64,000 bases of DNA. It comes from Octopus sinensis. Taxonomy: Eukaryota. The stretch is from NCBI RefSeq assembly GCF_006345805.1, contig NC_042997.1, positions 33,480,001 to 33,544,000 of the forward strand, given 5' to 3'. Shown in pieces: positions 13,296 through 24,879 of the stretch; within the stretch, counting starts at the first letter, position 1, and each line of letters begins with the position of its first letter. The notes under the pieces were generated by a model that was not told the DNA's origin, did no database searches, and saw only the letters and a list, made by a program, of their open reading frames with translations. A program made the position numbers and the translations under genes.

Positions 13296-13660
13296 ACTAT
13301 ATGCATGTGAATATATACATAAAACAAAACACTAACTCCAAATACTGCACACATACACACATAGATGCAAATATTCCATGATGATAGGCTTTTCCGGTAC
13401 TATTTGAGTGGCCCCGGTACGTGCACTCGCGTACTCGCTAGCAAGTCGTGACTAGTCGATCCTTGCTTTGTGTTTTTGTGTTTTATTTACTTTTTTAAAA
13501 AAATTATTTATTTTGTGTTTTATTTACTTTGCTAGGTAGTCGTTGTAGGATCGACTAGTCATGACTAGCTAGCGCGGATACGCTCTTCTTAAATAGTACC
13601 GGCTTTTCCTCTATCGGCAAGAAATCTTGAAATGAAACTGAAACTGAATAATGGCATATA
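13296..13660 (+). mobile_element. 3' UTR remnant of the same R4-like LINE, interrupted by a MITE
   Basis: CTATCGGCAAGAAATCTTGAAATGAAACTGAA...AATAATGGCATA matches the 3' ends near 4840-4885 and 5798-5840. Confidence 0.65.
13396..13600. mobile_element. Merlin-like MITE, 9-bp TSD
   Basis: Termini GGTACTATTT...AAATAGTACC, further internal inverted arms, TSD GGCTTTTCC at 13387-13395 and 13601-13609. Confidence 0.75.
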
Positions 13661-13916
13661 TATTCTTTTTTAATGATGCTCTCATTGTGTTTTAGAAGGC
13701 GACGACATGTTTATTTTTCAGTTTTTCTTAAAAACGTGTTGTGCTCCTTCTACACAAGTTGTCTACATCAGTACTAGGTAGGCGGCGAGTTTCCAGAAAA
13801 TAAAGCAACATTATAAAATGCTTATGTGATATAGTTTTATTTGTTTACAAAATAAATATAAGATTAAAAAATGGTCCACTTTTATTATATTCATATACAT
13901 ATCTCTCTTTCTCTCT

Positions 13917-14127
13917 CTTTTACTTGTTTCAGTCTTTTTGACTGCGGCCATACTGGAGCACCGACTTTAATCGAGCAACTCGACCCCGAAACTTATTTTT
14001 TTTGTAAGCTTAGTACTTATTCTATCGGTCTCTTTTGCCGAACCGCTAAGTAACGGGGACATAAACACACCAGCATCGGTTGTCAAGCAATGCTAGGGGG
14101 ACAAACACAGAAACACAAACACACACA

Positions 14128-14173
<46 letters not shown>

Positions 14174-14338
14174 TACGACGGGCTTCTTTCAGTTTCCGTC
14201 TACAAAAGCCACTCACAAGGCTTTGATTGGCCCGAGGCTATAGTAGAAGACACTTGTCCAAGGTGCCACGCAGTGGGACTGAACCCGGAACCACGTGGTT
14301 GGTAAACATGCTACTTACCACGCAGCCACTCCTGCGCC
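13917..14338 (-). mobile_element. SINE family A, full length
   Basis: Complete head, internal (TA)n/(TG)n, tail. Confidence 0.9.
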
Positions 14339-14849
14339 TATATTTGTTTACAAAATAAATATAAGATTAAAAAATGGTCAACTTTTATTATATATATATA
14401 TATATTTATATATATTGTTTCCGGTATAAATTAATATTAGTAAGAAATATGACCGGTCCCTGGCACACTAAAAAAAAAAAGAACTGCTGGTACGCCATCA
14501 GATAGTTTGAGAAGTACTGGTCTAAGGGACATAACTCTGGTTTACTCTCTTGATATAACAATACCTGTAATTTAAAGTTTTTGATTTTAAAAATGCGCGC
14601 AAAGCAACGGGAGGGTGGGGAGAGGATCTCGGAAAATTCACAGGATCCGAGTTTTTCCCTCATAACTTTTAGGAAAATAGGGAGTTTTTTCAATTAAATT
14701 TTATATAAATTCCTTTCAAACGGCATACATTACGATTATAAAGAAATTTGTGGGTAAAATCTTTTCCAAGAGGTGGGGGGGAATACTTCGGAAAATACAC
14801 AAAATCCGAGTTTTTCCCTCGTATCTTTTAAGGAAATCTGATCATTGAG

Positions 14850-15065
14850 TACACCTCGCTGAGCTAAGAACATCCAAATGAGTCTTGTGAAAGCCACATC
14901 ATAATGATGTAAGCAGAGGAATTCATTGTCATATTTACATTGAGAACTTAATTGCAGACACTGGCCTGGAATGTATCCAGGACCTCAAAGCAGTGATGAT
15001 GAACCAAGAAGTGTGGCAGGAAGACTTTGTTGCTGCAGCCTGGATTGGAACCCAGCCACAATAAT
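14850..15065 (+). mobile_element. Degraded RTE-type LINE 3' fragment
   Basis: YIENLIADTGLECIQDLKAVMMNQEVW resembles the C-terminus encoded at 41902-42180. Confidence 0.6.
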
Positions 15066-15099
15066 AAATAATATTCCGAAAGTCTGCTTTTCCAGTTTC

Positions 15100-16520
15100 C
15101 AGTAAGGGGTGGTGGGGTACAATGAGTAATATTTACTGCATTTTTGCTTTGAGGAAAAGTTTATTTCTGTAAATGTTCACTATCTAACAAAAACTACATC
15201 AGCTAGGCAAATGATTTTCTCCAAATGCATTAAAAACACAATAACATATTCAGAACACTATTTCAGAAAATTATCTCCGTTCTCTTTGAACATACAAAAG
15301 ACAAATTTAGATGGGGCAAAATGAGTAAGACAAGATAAGGTAAATTTGCTTCTTCATTTCTCTAGAATTACATTTGGAAAAAAACTCATACACATCAATA
15401 TCCATTCTTAGACACCAGAAAGATCAGAAATTTAACAAAAATTTAAATAACTTGGTCAACTGAAAGGAAATTATGGAAAAATGACACAATATGAAATTAA
15501 CAAAACTTGACTAAATCAAAAAACTCTGCATAAAATATTCTCTATTACTTCTTCAAGATCTGCTAGAGAGGTTCTCGTCAGAATTCTGGTTTAAGCAACT
15601 CATATAACCCCTCATAACTTTTTTAATTTGGGGGGATTTTCAAAACATTTTTGCAAATTTGTGTTCTATACACGAGAATTTATACAACTATGAAACCAAT
15701 TTTTAAAAAAATTTTTCAATTTTTTTTTTTTTAATCACAGTCTGAATTTTTTAAATTTAAATCCCAGCAATAGTCCATTAAATGTATTTATGGGGAGAAA
15801 GATATTGAAAAGTATCACTTTATCAGAGTGACAAAGAAACAAGGAGGGTATCAGGTGGTTGTGAGATGTGCTAAAAATAACAGCTAAATAACCCTTAAAT
15901 CACATACAAAAACTTTTTTTGACTTTTTCATAGTCATATGAATTCCAGTGTGTAGAATACAAAATCACAAAAATGTTTTGAAAATTCAAAAAAAAAATCA
16001 AAAAAAAGTTGAGAGGTTATATGGGGTACTTAAAGCAGAATTACACCTGACCCTCATGCTGATACAATTATGCACCATGCAGTTAAAGGGAAGAGATTAT
16101 TGAAATTAGTCATTACTCATTTTGCCCCAGTTTAGACATCAGTTTTTGAAAAATTGAAAATTATTAAATTAGACAGTATAAGAAAAAAATTGACTTGGAA
16201 TCCAAAAGAGAAATTAATTTAAATTGTTAAACACCAAAAATTCTCCAGATATTTTATTAGCAACCTCAATTACAACTGGGTCAAATTTGAGGAGGAATTT
16301 CTCGAAAATAAAGTACCTGTTTACCTGACTGTTTCAGACTCCCTCTACTGCAACAACAACAACAATGGTGGCCCATGTTTACTCCCAAAGATGATGCAAG
16401 AGTACAAAAATGGTGATGCGATATTTACAACGTAATGGTTTCAAATAGGTAGTCAAAAATTATGAAAAGTTAGTAATTACTCATGTTGCCCCAGTTACCA
16501 ATTTTGCCCCATTCCCCTGT
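15100..16520. mobile_element. About 1.4-kb non-autonomous foldback DNA element
   Basis: Repeated GGGGCAAAATGAGTAA-type motifs on the left (15114, 15313) and inverted on the right (16113, 16477, 16501); internal inverted arms about 15580-15695 versus 15925-16043. Confidence 0.65.
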
Positions 16521-16671
16521 AGTTATTTGAAGTATTTGACAAAATGACGAAAAACAGTGAAAAAGGAAAGAAAGAAAAAGATTCGATTTAATGAAACACA
16601 TGTGAGCATAAAAGCAATAATTCTAAAGCTTTGAGCTGTTGAGAGATGTAATTTTATAAATAAAACTAAAG

Positions 16672-17075
16672 GGAGTGGCTGTGTGGTAAGTAGCTTGCTT
16701 ACCAATCACATGGTTCCGGGTTCAGTCCCACTGCGTGGCATCTTGGGCAAGTGTCTTCTGCTATAGCCTCAGGCCAACCAATGCCTTGTGAGTGGATTTG
16801 GTAGACGGGAACTGAAAGAAGCCTTTCGTATATATGTATATATATATAAGTGTGTGTGTATATGTTTGTGTGTTTGTGTTTGTCCCCCTAGCATTGCTTG
16901 ACAACCGATGCTGGTGTGTTTACATCCCCGTTACTTAGCGGTTCGGCAAAAAGAGACTGATAGAATAAGTACTGGGCTTACAAAGAATAAGTCCCGGGGT
17001 CGATTTGCTCGACTAAAGTCGGTGCTCCAGCATGGCCGCAGTCAAATGACTGAAACAAGTAAAAGAGTAAGAGAG
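16672..17075 (+). mobile_element. SINE family A, full length
   Basis: Complete copy with AAGAGT-type tail. Confidence 0.9.
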
Positions 17076-17269
17076 TATTCAAAATTTAAATTTTGGACAT
17101 ATTCATTTCTCACTTGCTCTTTCATAAAATAGGATCAGCTTTCAATGCCTCACTGAAATAATGAAGCTTAAAATGTCAATGTATGTGTGTGTGCATATTT
17201 GCGTGCATCTGTGTATGTGTGTACGCGTCTTTAATTGCCAGTGGTTGTGTGTTGAAAGAAGGAAGTTAA

Positions 17270-17492
17270 CCCATTAAGTCCCAGAGTACTTAAATTTCTG
17301 AATATTACTTTTAAATTTTTACAGATGATTGAAAATAGGTTAAAATTTAAAAAATTAATAATTAAAACTCCTTTACTCAAGTAAAAATGGAAATACCTGA
17401 TGTCCTATAAATAGGACACTGAAACAACGTGATATAGCTTATTTAATGTTTTCATTGAGTGTCCTATTTTTAAGACCGTGGGATTTAATGGG
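17270..17492. mobile_element. piggyBac-type MITE (family 2)
   Basis: TTAA|CCCATTAAGTCCC ... GGGATTTAATGGG|TTAA. Confidence 0.75.
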
Positions 17493-17723
17493 TTAAACTA
17501 GAGACAACTTCTTTCTACCAATCTCTTTTTTTCTTTTCCCTTTTTTTTTTTCTTTTCCTTTTTTTTGTTTTTTTTTCTTTTTTTGTTCTTTTTTCCTTTT
17601 TACGATCCCTTTTTTTTTTTCCTCCCGCAAAAGAAAAGCTCTACCTTGTAACTTGTCCCATCTGTGTGCAGCCCTGTGCAGCCAATAAAGAAACTTATCT
17701 TTATATAGATTCACACTCTTCAA

Positions 17724-17762
<39 letters not shown>

Positions 17763-18226
17763 TCACAAATACCTACAAACATTTTGAGAGTGTTTTGTTT
17801 TCCTTTTGTCTGTCATCGTTCCAAAAGCAGCTACAATTAAATTCCCAAGGGAAATTGTAGCTGTTTTGGGAATGAGTAGCCAAGTAATTTTTAATTGAAT
17901 GAACTGATGTCACTAAAGTAGTTAAAACAGTGGTCATTTATCTAAAAAGAGGATCCATTACTTTTTAAAGATATGTTTGTTTATTGAAAGAGAGCCTCTG
18001 CAAGAAAGACTGCTGAGAGATCGAGGGCGTTCCTATACTGAGTGCTATATATCCTTCATAGCAGGGGTGGGGGGCGATATCTAGTGTATACTCGGGGCAA
18101 TTGCCCCCTTTGACCGCCTATGAATTTGGCTCTGCCTCCAGTCTTCTATGTCACCTAACTTTTTTCTCAACTACATATGACAGTTCACCAACACATCAAG
18201 CTGTCCCTGAAAAAGAGAGACATATA

Positions 18227-18708
18227 TAATCGTCAAATAAATAAATATAAGGGTAGCAAAAAATTCTAGAAAAATTCTAGCGGAGAATTTTTTCTAGAAT
18301 TTTTTGCTACCTTTATATTTATTAATTAATGATTTTTTGGCTAATTTTGAAATTAAATCAGCAGTTTATATTTGCTGCTGAGTAGACCGCGCGATTGCAG
18401 TAGAATTTTGAAAATTTAGAGCATATGGACAGGAGGCTTCTTTACCATAGCCTCGTGGACATATACTTGTCCTAGGCTCTCTGCTGACGAGGCACGCCAG
18501 ATGTAAATGAATTTAATTTTATTTAATTTTATTTATTTATTTGCCTAAGTTTGCCGAAACTATGCATAGTCCAGAGATGAAAGGGGTAAACGTTTTTATT
18601 TCTCTTTCTATTTCAGAATTACAACTATTTAGCGGTTTGAGTTTGGCTGCTCTTTCTAGTGAGTCGAATGTCCTATATGGCCATTCCTTATATTGTTAAT
18701 CGTCAAAT
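18227..18708 (+). mobile_element. Hammerhead-containing non-autonomous element (Penelope pseudo-LTR or retrozyme-like)
   Basis: About 40-bp stem hairpin at 18236-18325, internal hammerhead, 12-bp direct repeat TAATCGTCAAAT at 18227-18238 and 18697-18708. Confidence 0.55.
18478..18577 (+). ncRNA. Type I hammerhead ribozyme motif
   Basis: Stem I TCTCTG/CAGAGA; core CTGACGA; stem II GGCA...TGCC with a long AT-rich loop; GAA; palindromic helix III ACTATGCATAGT; GTC cleavage triplet at 18569-18571. Confidence 0.8.
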
Positions 18709-18833
18709 TATGTATGCGTGTGTGTGTTTCTATTTGTCATCCCTCCACCGCTTGACAGCTGGTGTTAGTATGTTTACGTCCCCTGTAACTTGGCGGTTTG
18801 GTCTTAAGAAATTATCAATATTGAGATGGCTGA

Positions 18834-19048
18834 AGGCGGCGAGATAGCATGATTGTTAGCACGCTAGACAAAATTCTTAGTGGTATATCGTCCGTCTTTA
18901 CATTCTGAGTTCAAATTCAGCTGAGGTCGACTTTTCCTTTCATCCTTTCGGGGACGATAAAATATGTACCACTTGGGTACTAGGATCGACGCAATCGGCT
19001 TAACCCAATCCCCTGAGATTGCAGGCCTGGTGCCAAAATTTGAAATCA
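18834..19048 (+). mobile_element. SINE family B
   Basis: Same head and central domain. Confidence 0.75.
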
Positions 19049-19340
19049 ATATTGAGATGACTGGGTTAAAAGTTAGATAACTCACATGAAGAATTAATTC
19101 ATGGAGAATTAATTCCCTTTAATTAAGTTTGTCATCGTATACAAAAAAAAAATTATAAAATATTGAAGTGTATCAGGCTTCGAAATAGTTTAAGCTTCTT
19201 TCGAATAATCTACCTTCTGTCCGCTGGTCCTCCATACCAAATCGCTGCTTATCTTTCCCAACGCAACGCTTTGACATGAGATTGTTTCTTTATTGATATC
19301 TACGTTGGTTTATCTGGGCTCTCTTATATGTAAAGAGTGA

Positions 19341-19660
19341 AGGCGCATGGCTTAGTGGTTAGAGCATTCGGCTGACGATTGTAAGGTCGTGAGTTCGATT
19401 CCCGGCGATGCGTTGTGTCCTTGAGCAAGACACTTTATTTCACGTTGCTCCAGTCCACTCAGCTGGCAAAAATGAGTTGTACCTGTATTTCAAGGGGCCG
19501 GCCTTGTCACACTCTGTGTCACGCTGAATCTCCCTGAGAACTACGTTAGGGGTACACGTGTCTGTGGATTGCTCAGTCATTTGCACGTTAATTCTACGAG
19601 CAAGCTGTTCCGTTGATCGTATCAGCTGGGACCCTCGTCGTCGTAACCGACGGAGTGCTC
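19341..19660 (+). mobile_element. tRNA-derived SINE family C
   Basis: GGCGCATGGCTTAGTGGTTAG A-box, GAGTTCGATTCCC B-box, GTGTCCTTGAGCAAGACACTT domain. Confidence 0.82.
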
Positions 19661-19992
19661 CTACCTATATGTAAAGAAAACGGGGTATATGGGTTTCATT
19701 CGTTGCTTGACCTTTCCGTCTCCTCTCCATGCCTCGGTCACTGGTTAACACTTTTTATTTTCTTTAATAGACAAGTAATAACCAAGAGACATAGAGAGTG
19801 CATTAAACGTTTTTAATCAGTTTGTAGTCAGTCTCTGTTGCAAATTTGTACTGCATTTCCAGTAGATCTTACCACTCATACCACTCTAGTCACCTCAGAC
19901 TCCTACATTAACAACAAATACCATTCTTACAAGCAAGGAGACTCACGGTTGTGTATGTCACATACAAATTTGTCCTATAGAAAAGCCTTTTG

Positions 19993-20166
19993 GGCAATCT
20001 TTCGTCTCTAGTAGACCTTTCCGTCAATTTCCGTAAAAAAATTTTTTTTTTTTACATATGGGCTTGCGGGAACATTTGAAGTAATGAGAGCGAAAGAGAC
20101 TAAGAGAAAGCGATTGTATGACGAGGGAAATTCTTTTGAAGTTACCGTGCATGGGAAGCATTGATG

Positions 20167-20202
<36 letters not shown>

Positions 20203-20430
20203 TGGGGTGTGGGAGACAGACAGTATGTTGTGTAAGTGAAGTGCTTCTGTTAGTGTGTGTGAAGAGACAGAGAGAGTAATGTGTGAAAGAAAGAGGTAAC
20301 TGAAATTTTTTACTCAGTGTATGTGTATATGTATGTATATTACTTCAAAAGTTCCCGCAAGCCCATATGTAAAAAAAAAATTTTTTTTACGGAAATCGAC
20401 GGAAAGGTCTACTAGAGACGAAAGATCGCC
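19993..20430. mobile_element. MITE with about 90-bp TIRs (GGCRATCTTTCG termini, Merlin-like)
   Basis: 19993-20085 inverted versus 20339-20430; direct repeat GAAAAGCCTTTTG at 19980-19992 and 20431-20443. Confidence 0.85.
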
Positions 20431-21007
20431 GAAAAGCCTTTTGTTTTAGGCTTATCCATGAATCTCATAACTCGTCAGCTTCGCCAAATTCTACTTGAAA
20501 ACCTGTCTCTAAACGGTGTACTTACAACAAGTCAACTTAGAAGAGAACATCCTACACAAAGATTCTTTCTATGGAATGTATGGAGTTCAAATGCTTCTCA
20601 AACTTTCGAGTGACTTGTCTATTTAAAAGTACAACCACTGTTTAGAATAATGAACTAGTATAGAGACTAGTATAGCCTTGAGAGTTAAGTGTTTTAGACA
20701 TGGACAGTGTATTCATGACGTAGACTACTAACTTTTCGACTAATAGAATAAACTGATAGCTGAATGAGCTTCCCACAACCGTCAAACGTGTGTGTATCTT
20801 TTAATTGTTTCTGTCATTACACAGCGGCTATGCTGAGACACTGACTTCAAAATTTTTAGTTGAATAATCAACCCCAGTATTTTGTATTAAGCCAAGTACT
20901 TATTCAAGCGGTCTTTTTTGCAGAACTACTAAGTTACAGAGACGTAACACCATTTGTCAAGAGATGGGTGGAGACAAACAGGTACACACAGACGCAGATG
21001 TAGCTGA

Positions 21008-21015
21008 CATACATA

Positions 21016-21046
<31 letters not shown>

Positions 21047-21063
21047 CACCACACACACACACA

Positions 21064-21094
<31 letters not shown>

Positions 21095-21598
21095 CACACC
21101 ACACACACACACCACACACACACATACATACATACATACATACATACATACATACATACATACAATACATACATACATACAACATACATACATACATACA
21201 TACATACATACATCCATACATACATACACACATACAACATACATACATACATACATACAATACATACATACATACATACATACATACATACATACATACA
21301 TACATACATACATACATACATACATACATACATACATACATACATACATACATACACACATACATACACACACATACATACATACATACATAACATACAT
21401 ACATACATACATACATACATACATACATACATACATACATACATACTACATACATACATACATACATACATACATACATACTACATACATACACACACAC
21501 ACACACACCACACACACACACACATACACACACACCACACATACACACATACATACATACATACATACATACATACATACATACATACATACACACAC

Positions 21599-21670
<72 letters not shown>

Positions 21671-21718
21671 ACATACACACATACATACATACATACATAC
21701 ATACATACATACATACAT
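21008..21718. repeat. (CA)n/(CATA)n compound microsatellite
   Basis: Direct reading. Confidence 0.97.
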
Positions 21719-21720
21719 GT

Positions 21721-21948
21721 GGCGATCTGGCAGAAACGTTAGCACGCCGGGCGAAATGCTTAGTGGTATTTCGTCTGCCGTTACATTCTGAGTTCAAATT
21801 CCGCCGAGGTCGACTTTGGCTTTCATCCTTTCGGGGTCGATAAATTAAGTACCAGTTACGCACTGGGGTCGATGTAATCGACTTAATCCGTTTGTCTGTC
21901 CTTGTTTGTCCCTTCTGTGTTTAGCCCCTTGTGGGCAGTAAAGAAATA
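21721..21948 (+). mobile_element. SINE family B (Nin/Deu-domain-like)
   Basis: B-box GAGTTCAAATTCC followed by GGTCGACTTTG.CTTTCATCCTTTCGGGGTCGATAAATTAAGTACC. Confidence 0.85.
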
Positions 21949-22345
21949 CATACATACATACAAAATACATACATACATACATACATACATACATACATAC
22001 ATACATAGATACATACATACGAGAGAGTTTGTATAAATATAGGTGCGTTGTGTATGTGTGCATGTGCATATGTATGTATGTGTACGTGTGTATGTATGTA
22101 TGAGCACTCCCCACACACACACACATCCATCGTAGTTACTCGTGTGTAATGTGAGAAATTTCACACGTGAGATAGAGGTCAAAATTAAAGGTACTATGGC
22201 CAGCCGGTAAGGTAACATCATACTCGAGTATAAAAAATGTATCTAATCGTAACAAAGAATCCGTGAAAACGAAGTATCACTGAGATGGGTGTATATACTT
22301 CATTGCCCACGGCTATTTAACACACTAGCGGTGTTTGATTATATT

Positions 22346-22745
22346 CTTTTACTTGTTTCAGGTATTTGACTGCGACCATGCTAGAGCACCGCCTTTAGTC
22401 ACGCAAATCGACCCCAGGACTTATTCTTTGTAAGCCTAGTACTTATTCTATCGGTCTTTCTTTTGCCAAAGCGCTAAGTGACGGAGACGTAAACACACCA
22501 GCATCGGTTGTCAAGCAATGCTAGGGGGACAAACACAGACACACATACATATATATACATGCATATATATACATATATACGACAGGCTTCTTTCAGTTTC
22601 CGTCTACCAAATCCACTCACAAGGCATTGTCGGCCCGGGGCTATAGCAGAAGACACTTGCCCAAGATGCCACGCAGTAGGACTGAACCCGGACCCATGTG
22701 GTTGGTAAGCAAGCTAGCTACTTACCACACAGCCACTTCTGCACC
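22346..22745 (-). mobile_element. SINE family A, full length
   Basis: Complete copy. Confidence 0.9.
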
Positions 22746-22761
22746 TATATATATATATATA

Positions 22762-22834
<73 letters not shown>

Positions 22835-23015
22835 TACACCACACAAATTGAGATAGGGGTTGTAAATGCAACCCTCCATGGGATAACATATATCCAATAT
22901 ACTGCTAGTGAAGTACCCAACAAAGTTAATACATAAATGTTAAGGATTGCGATGCAATCAATTCATTTACTGTATTATATGGGCAAAGGTAAAATGATTT
23001 ACCACAATTACTAAT

Positions 23016-23557
23016 ACAAGATAAGAAAATGGAGAAATACATCTAAATCAAATATCAATTACCAGATAATACTCAATCACATACTTTATTAAACCACCAC
23101 ATAAGAGACTGTAGGGTTAGATATAAAAAGCAGAACAAATCAGTGTACATAAAGGAATGTACATAAAAAAGTGTACATAAAAGAGTAATGTTGTATAATA
23201 AGTAGAATATATATAAAAGAGAATATAAATATAAGTAAATATAAATATAAGTATATATTTATATTTACTTATATTTATATTCTCTTTTATATATATTCTA
23301 CTTATTATACAACATAAGTAAATATAAATATAAGTATATATTTATATTTACTTATATTTATATTCTCTTTTATATATATTCTAATTATTATACAACATTA
23401 CTCTTTTATGTACATTCGTTTATGTACACTGATTTGTTCTGATTTTTTATGTTTAACCCTACAGTCTCTTATGTGGTGGTTTAATAAAGTATGTAATTGA
23501 GTATTATCTGGTAATTGATGTTTGATTTAGATGTATTTCTCCATTTTCTTATCTTGT
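23016..23557. repeat. About 540-bp AT-rich near-perfect palindrome
   Basis: 23016-about 23250 is the reverse complement of about 23340-23557 with few mismatches; centre partly duplicated. Confidence 0.9.
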
Positions 23558-23990
23558 ATATATATATATATGACAGGCTTCTTTCAGTTTCCGTCTACCA
23601 AATCCACTCGTCGGCCCGAAGCTATAGTAGAAGACACTTGCTCAAGGTGCCACACAGTGGAACTGAGCCCAGAATCTTGTGGTTGGTAAGCAAGCTACTT
23701 ACCACACGGCCACTCCTATAATAATATTTAAATTTTATATTTTGAAAGCATGACTGTTTCAAACACAAACGTTACATTACTGACATATGCCAGTACTGTA
23801 GAAAAAAAAGATTCAGTAGACATCTTTATGATAAATGTATGGATATGCAAACGAGACATAATGCTTGCTGTGCAAAATTTATACTTTAGGACATAAAATT
23901 TATCACAACAGACACCTCTGCTACTCAACCAAGAGTTGAAGTTTCAAGGAAGGAATATTAATGTCTATAGTGGATTTGAATAAACTTTAA

Positions 23991-24757
23991 TCCTTTAGCA
24001 TTTAAACCGGCCATATCCAGCCCAGATATCCCGTTTGATGTTCATACTAGCCAGATCTGGCTTCTCACACTTACCCTACAATCTCATTCTAAAAGTAATG
24101 AATGATATCTTTGGGATCTCAAAAGTCTGAGGCAAAGCATGATTAACTGCAAACAATGTGAATAAATAAACATTACATTTGATAGAGTAGTCTGAATGTT
24201 ATTTTCTACTCTAAGGCACAAGGCCCGAAATTTTTGGGGAGAGGAGCAGTCGATTAGATCGACCCCAGTGCGTAACTGGTACTTAATTTATCAACCCCGA
24301 AAGTATGAAAGGCAAAGTCGACCTCAGCAGAATTTGAACTCAGAATGTAGCAGAAGATAAAATACCTATTTCTTTACTACCCACAAGGGGCTAAACACAG
24401 ACGGGACAAACGGATTAAGTGGATTATATCGACCCCAGTGCGTAACTGGTATTAAATTTATCGACCTCAAAAGGATGAACGGCAAAGTCGACCTCGGCAG
24501 AATTTGAACTCAGAATGTAGCAGAAGATGAAATACCTATTTCTTTACTACCCACAAAGGGCTAAACACAGAGGGGACAAACAAGGACAGACAAACGATTA
24601 TATCGACCCGCAGTGTGTAACTGGTACTTATTTAATCGAGCCCGAAAGGATGAAAGGCAAAGTCGACCTCGGTGGAATTTGAACTCAGAACGTAGCGGCA
24701 GACGAAATACGGCTACGCATTTCACCTGGCATGCTAACATTTCTGAATATTAAAGGG
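23991..24757 (+). mobile_element. piggyBac-type MITE (family 1) interrupted by a SINE array
   Basis: MITE body 23991-24200, terminal TAAAGGGTTAA at about 24751-24761. Confidence 0.75.
24205..24742 (-). mobile_element. SINE family B with triplicated body
   Basis: Three tandem units of about 170 bp behind a single head. Confidence 0.85.
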
Positions 24758-24879
24758 TTAAACCACCTTAATTCACAATCATCAACGTAACCCATATTTC
24801 AGCCTTTGTCTATCTGAAATTTCTCATTTGTTTACTTTTTTCCCTGTTCCTCTCTCCCTTTTCTTGTTTATTACGGGTT

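Noticed and set aside
11511-13381. Long ORFs of 400-560 aa (YVCM/YIHT repeats)
   Set aside because: Translations of a stop-free (CATA)n microsatellite open in several frames on both strands; the same applies at 1152-2551, 2860-3255 and 20929-21863
19341-19420. tRNA gene-like sequences (also 26030, 46965, 48594)
   Set aside because: A/B boxes run into SINE bodies and lack a complete cloverleaf; these are SINE heads
20441-20490. CTGACGA on minus strand as a hammerhead
   Set aside because: No GAAA after the putative stem II
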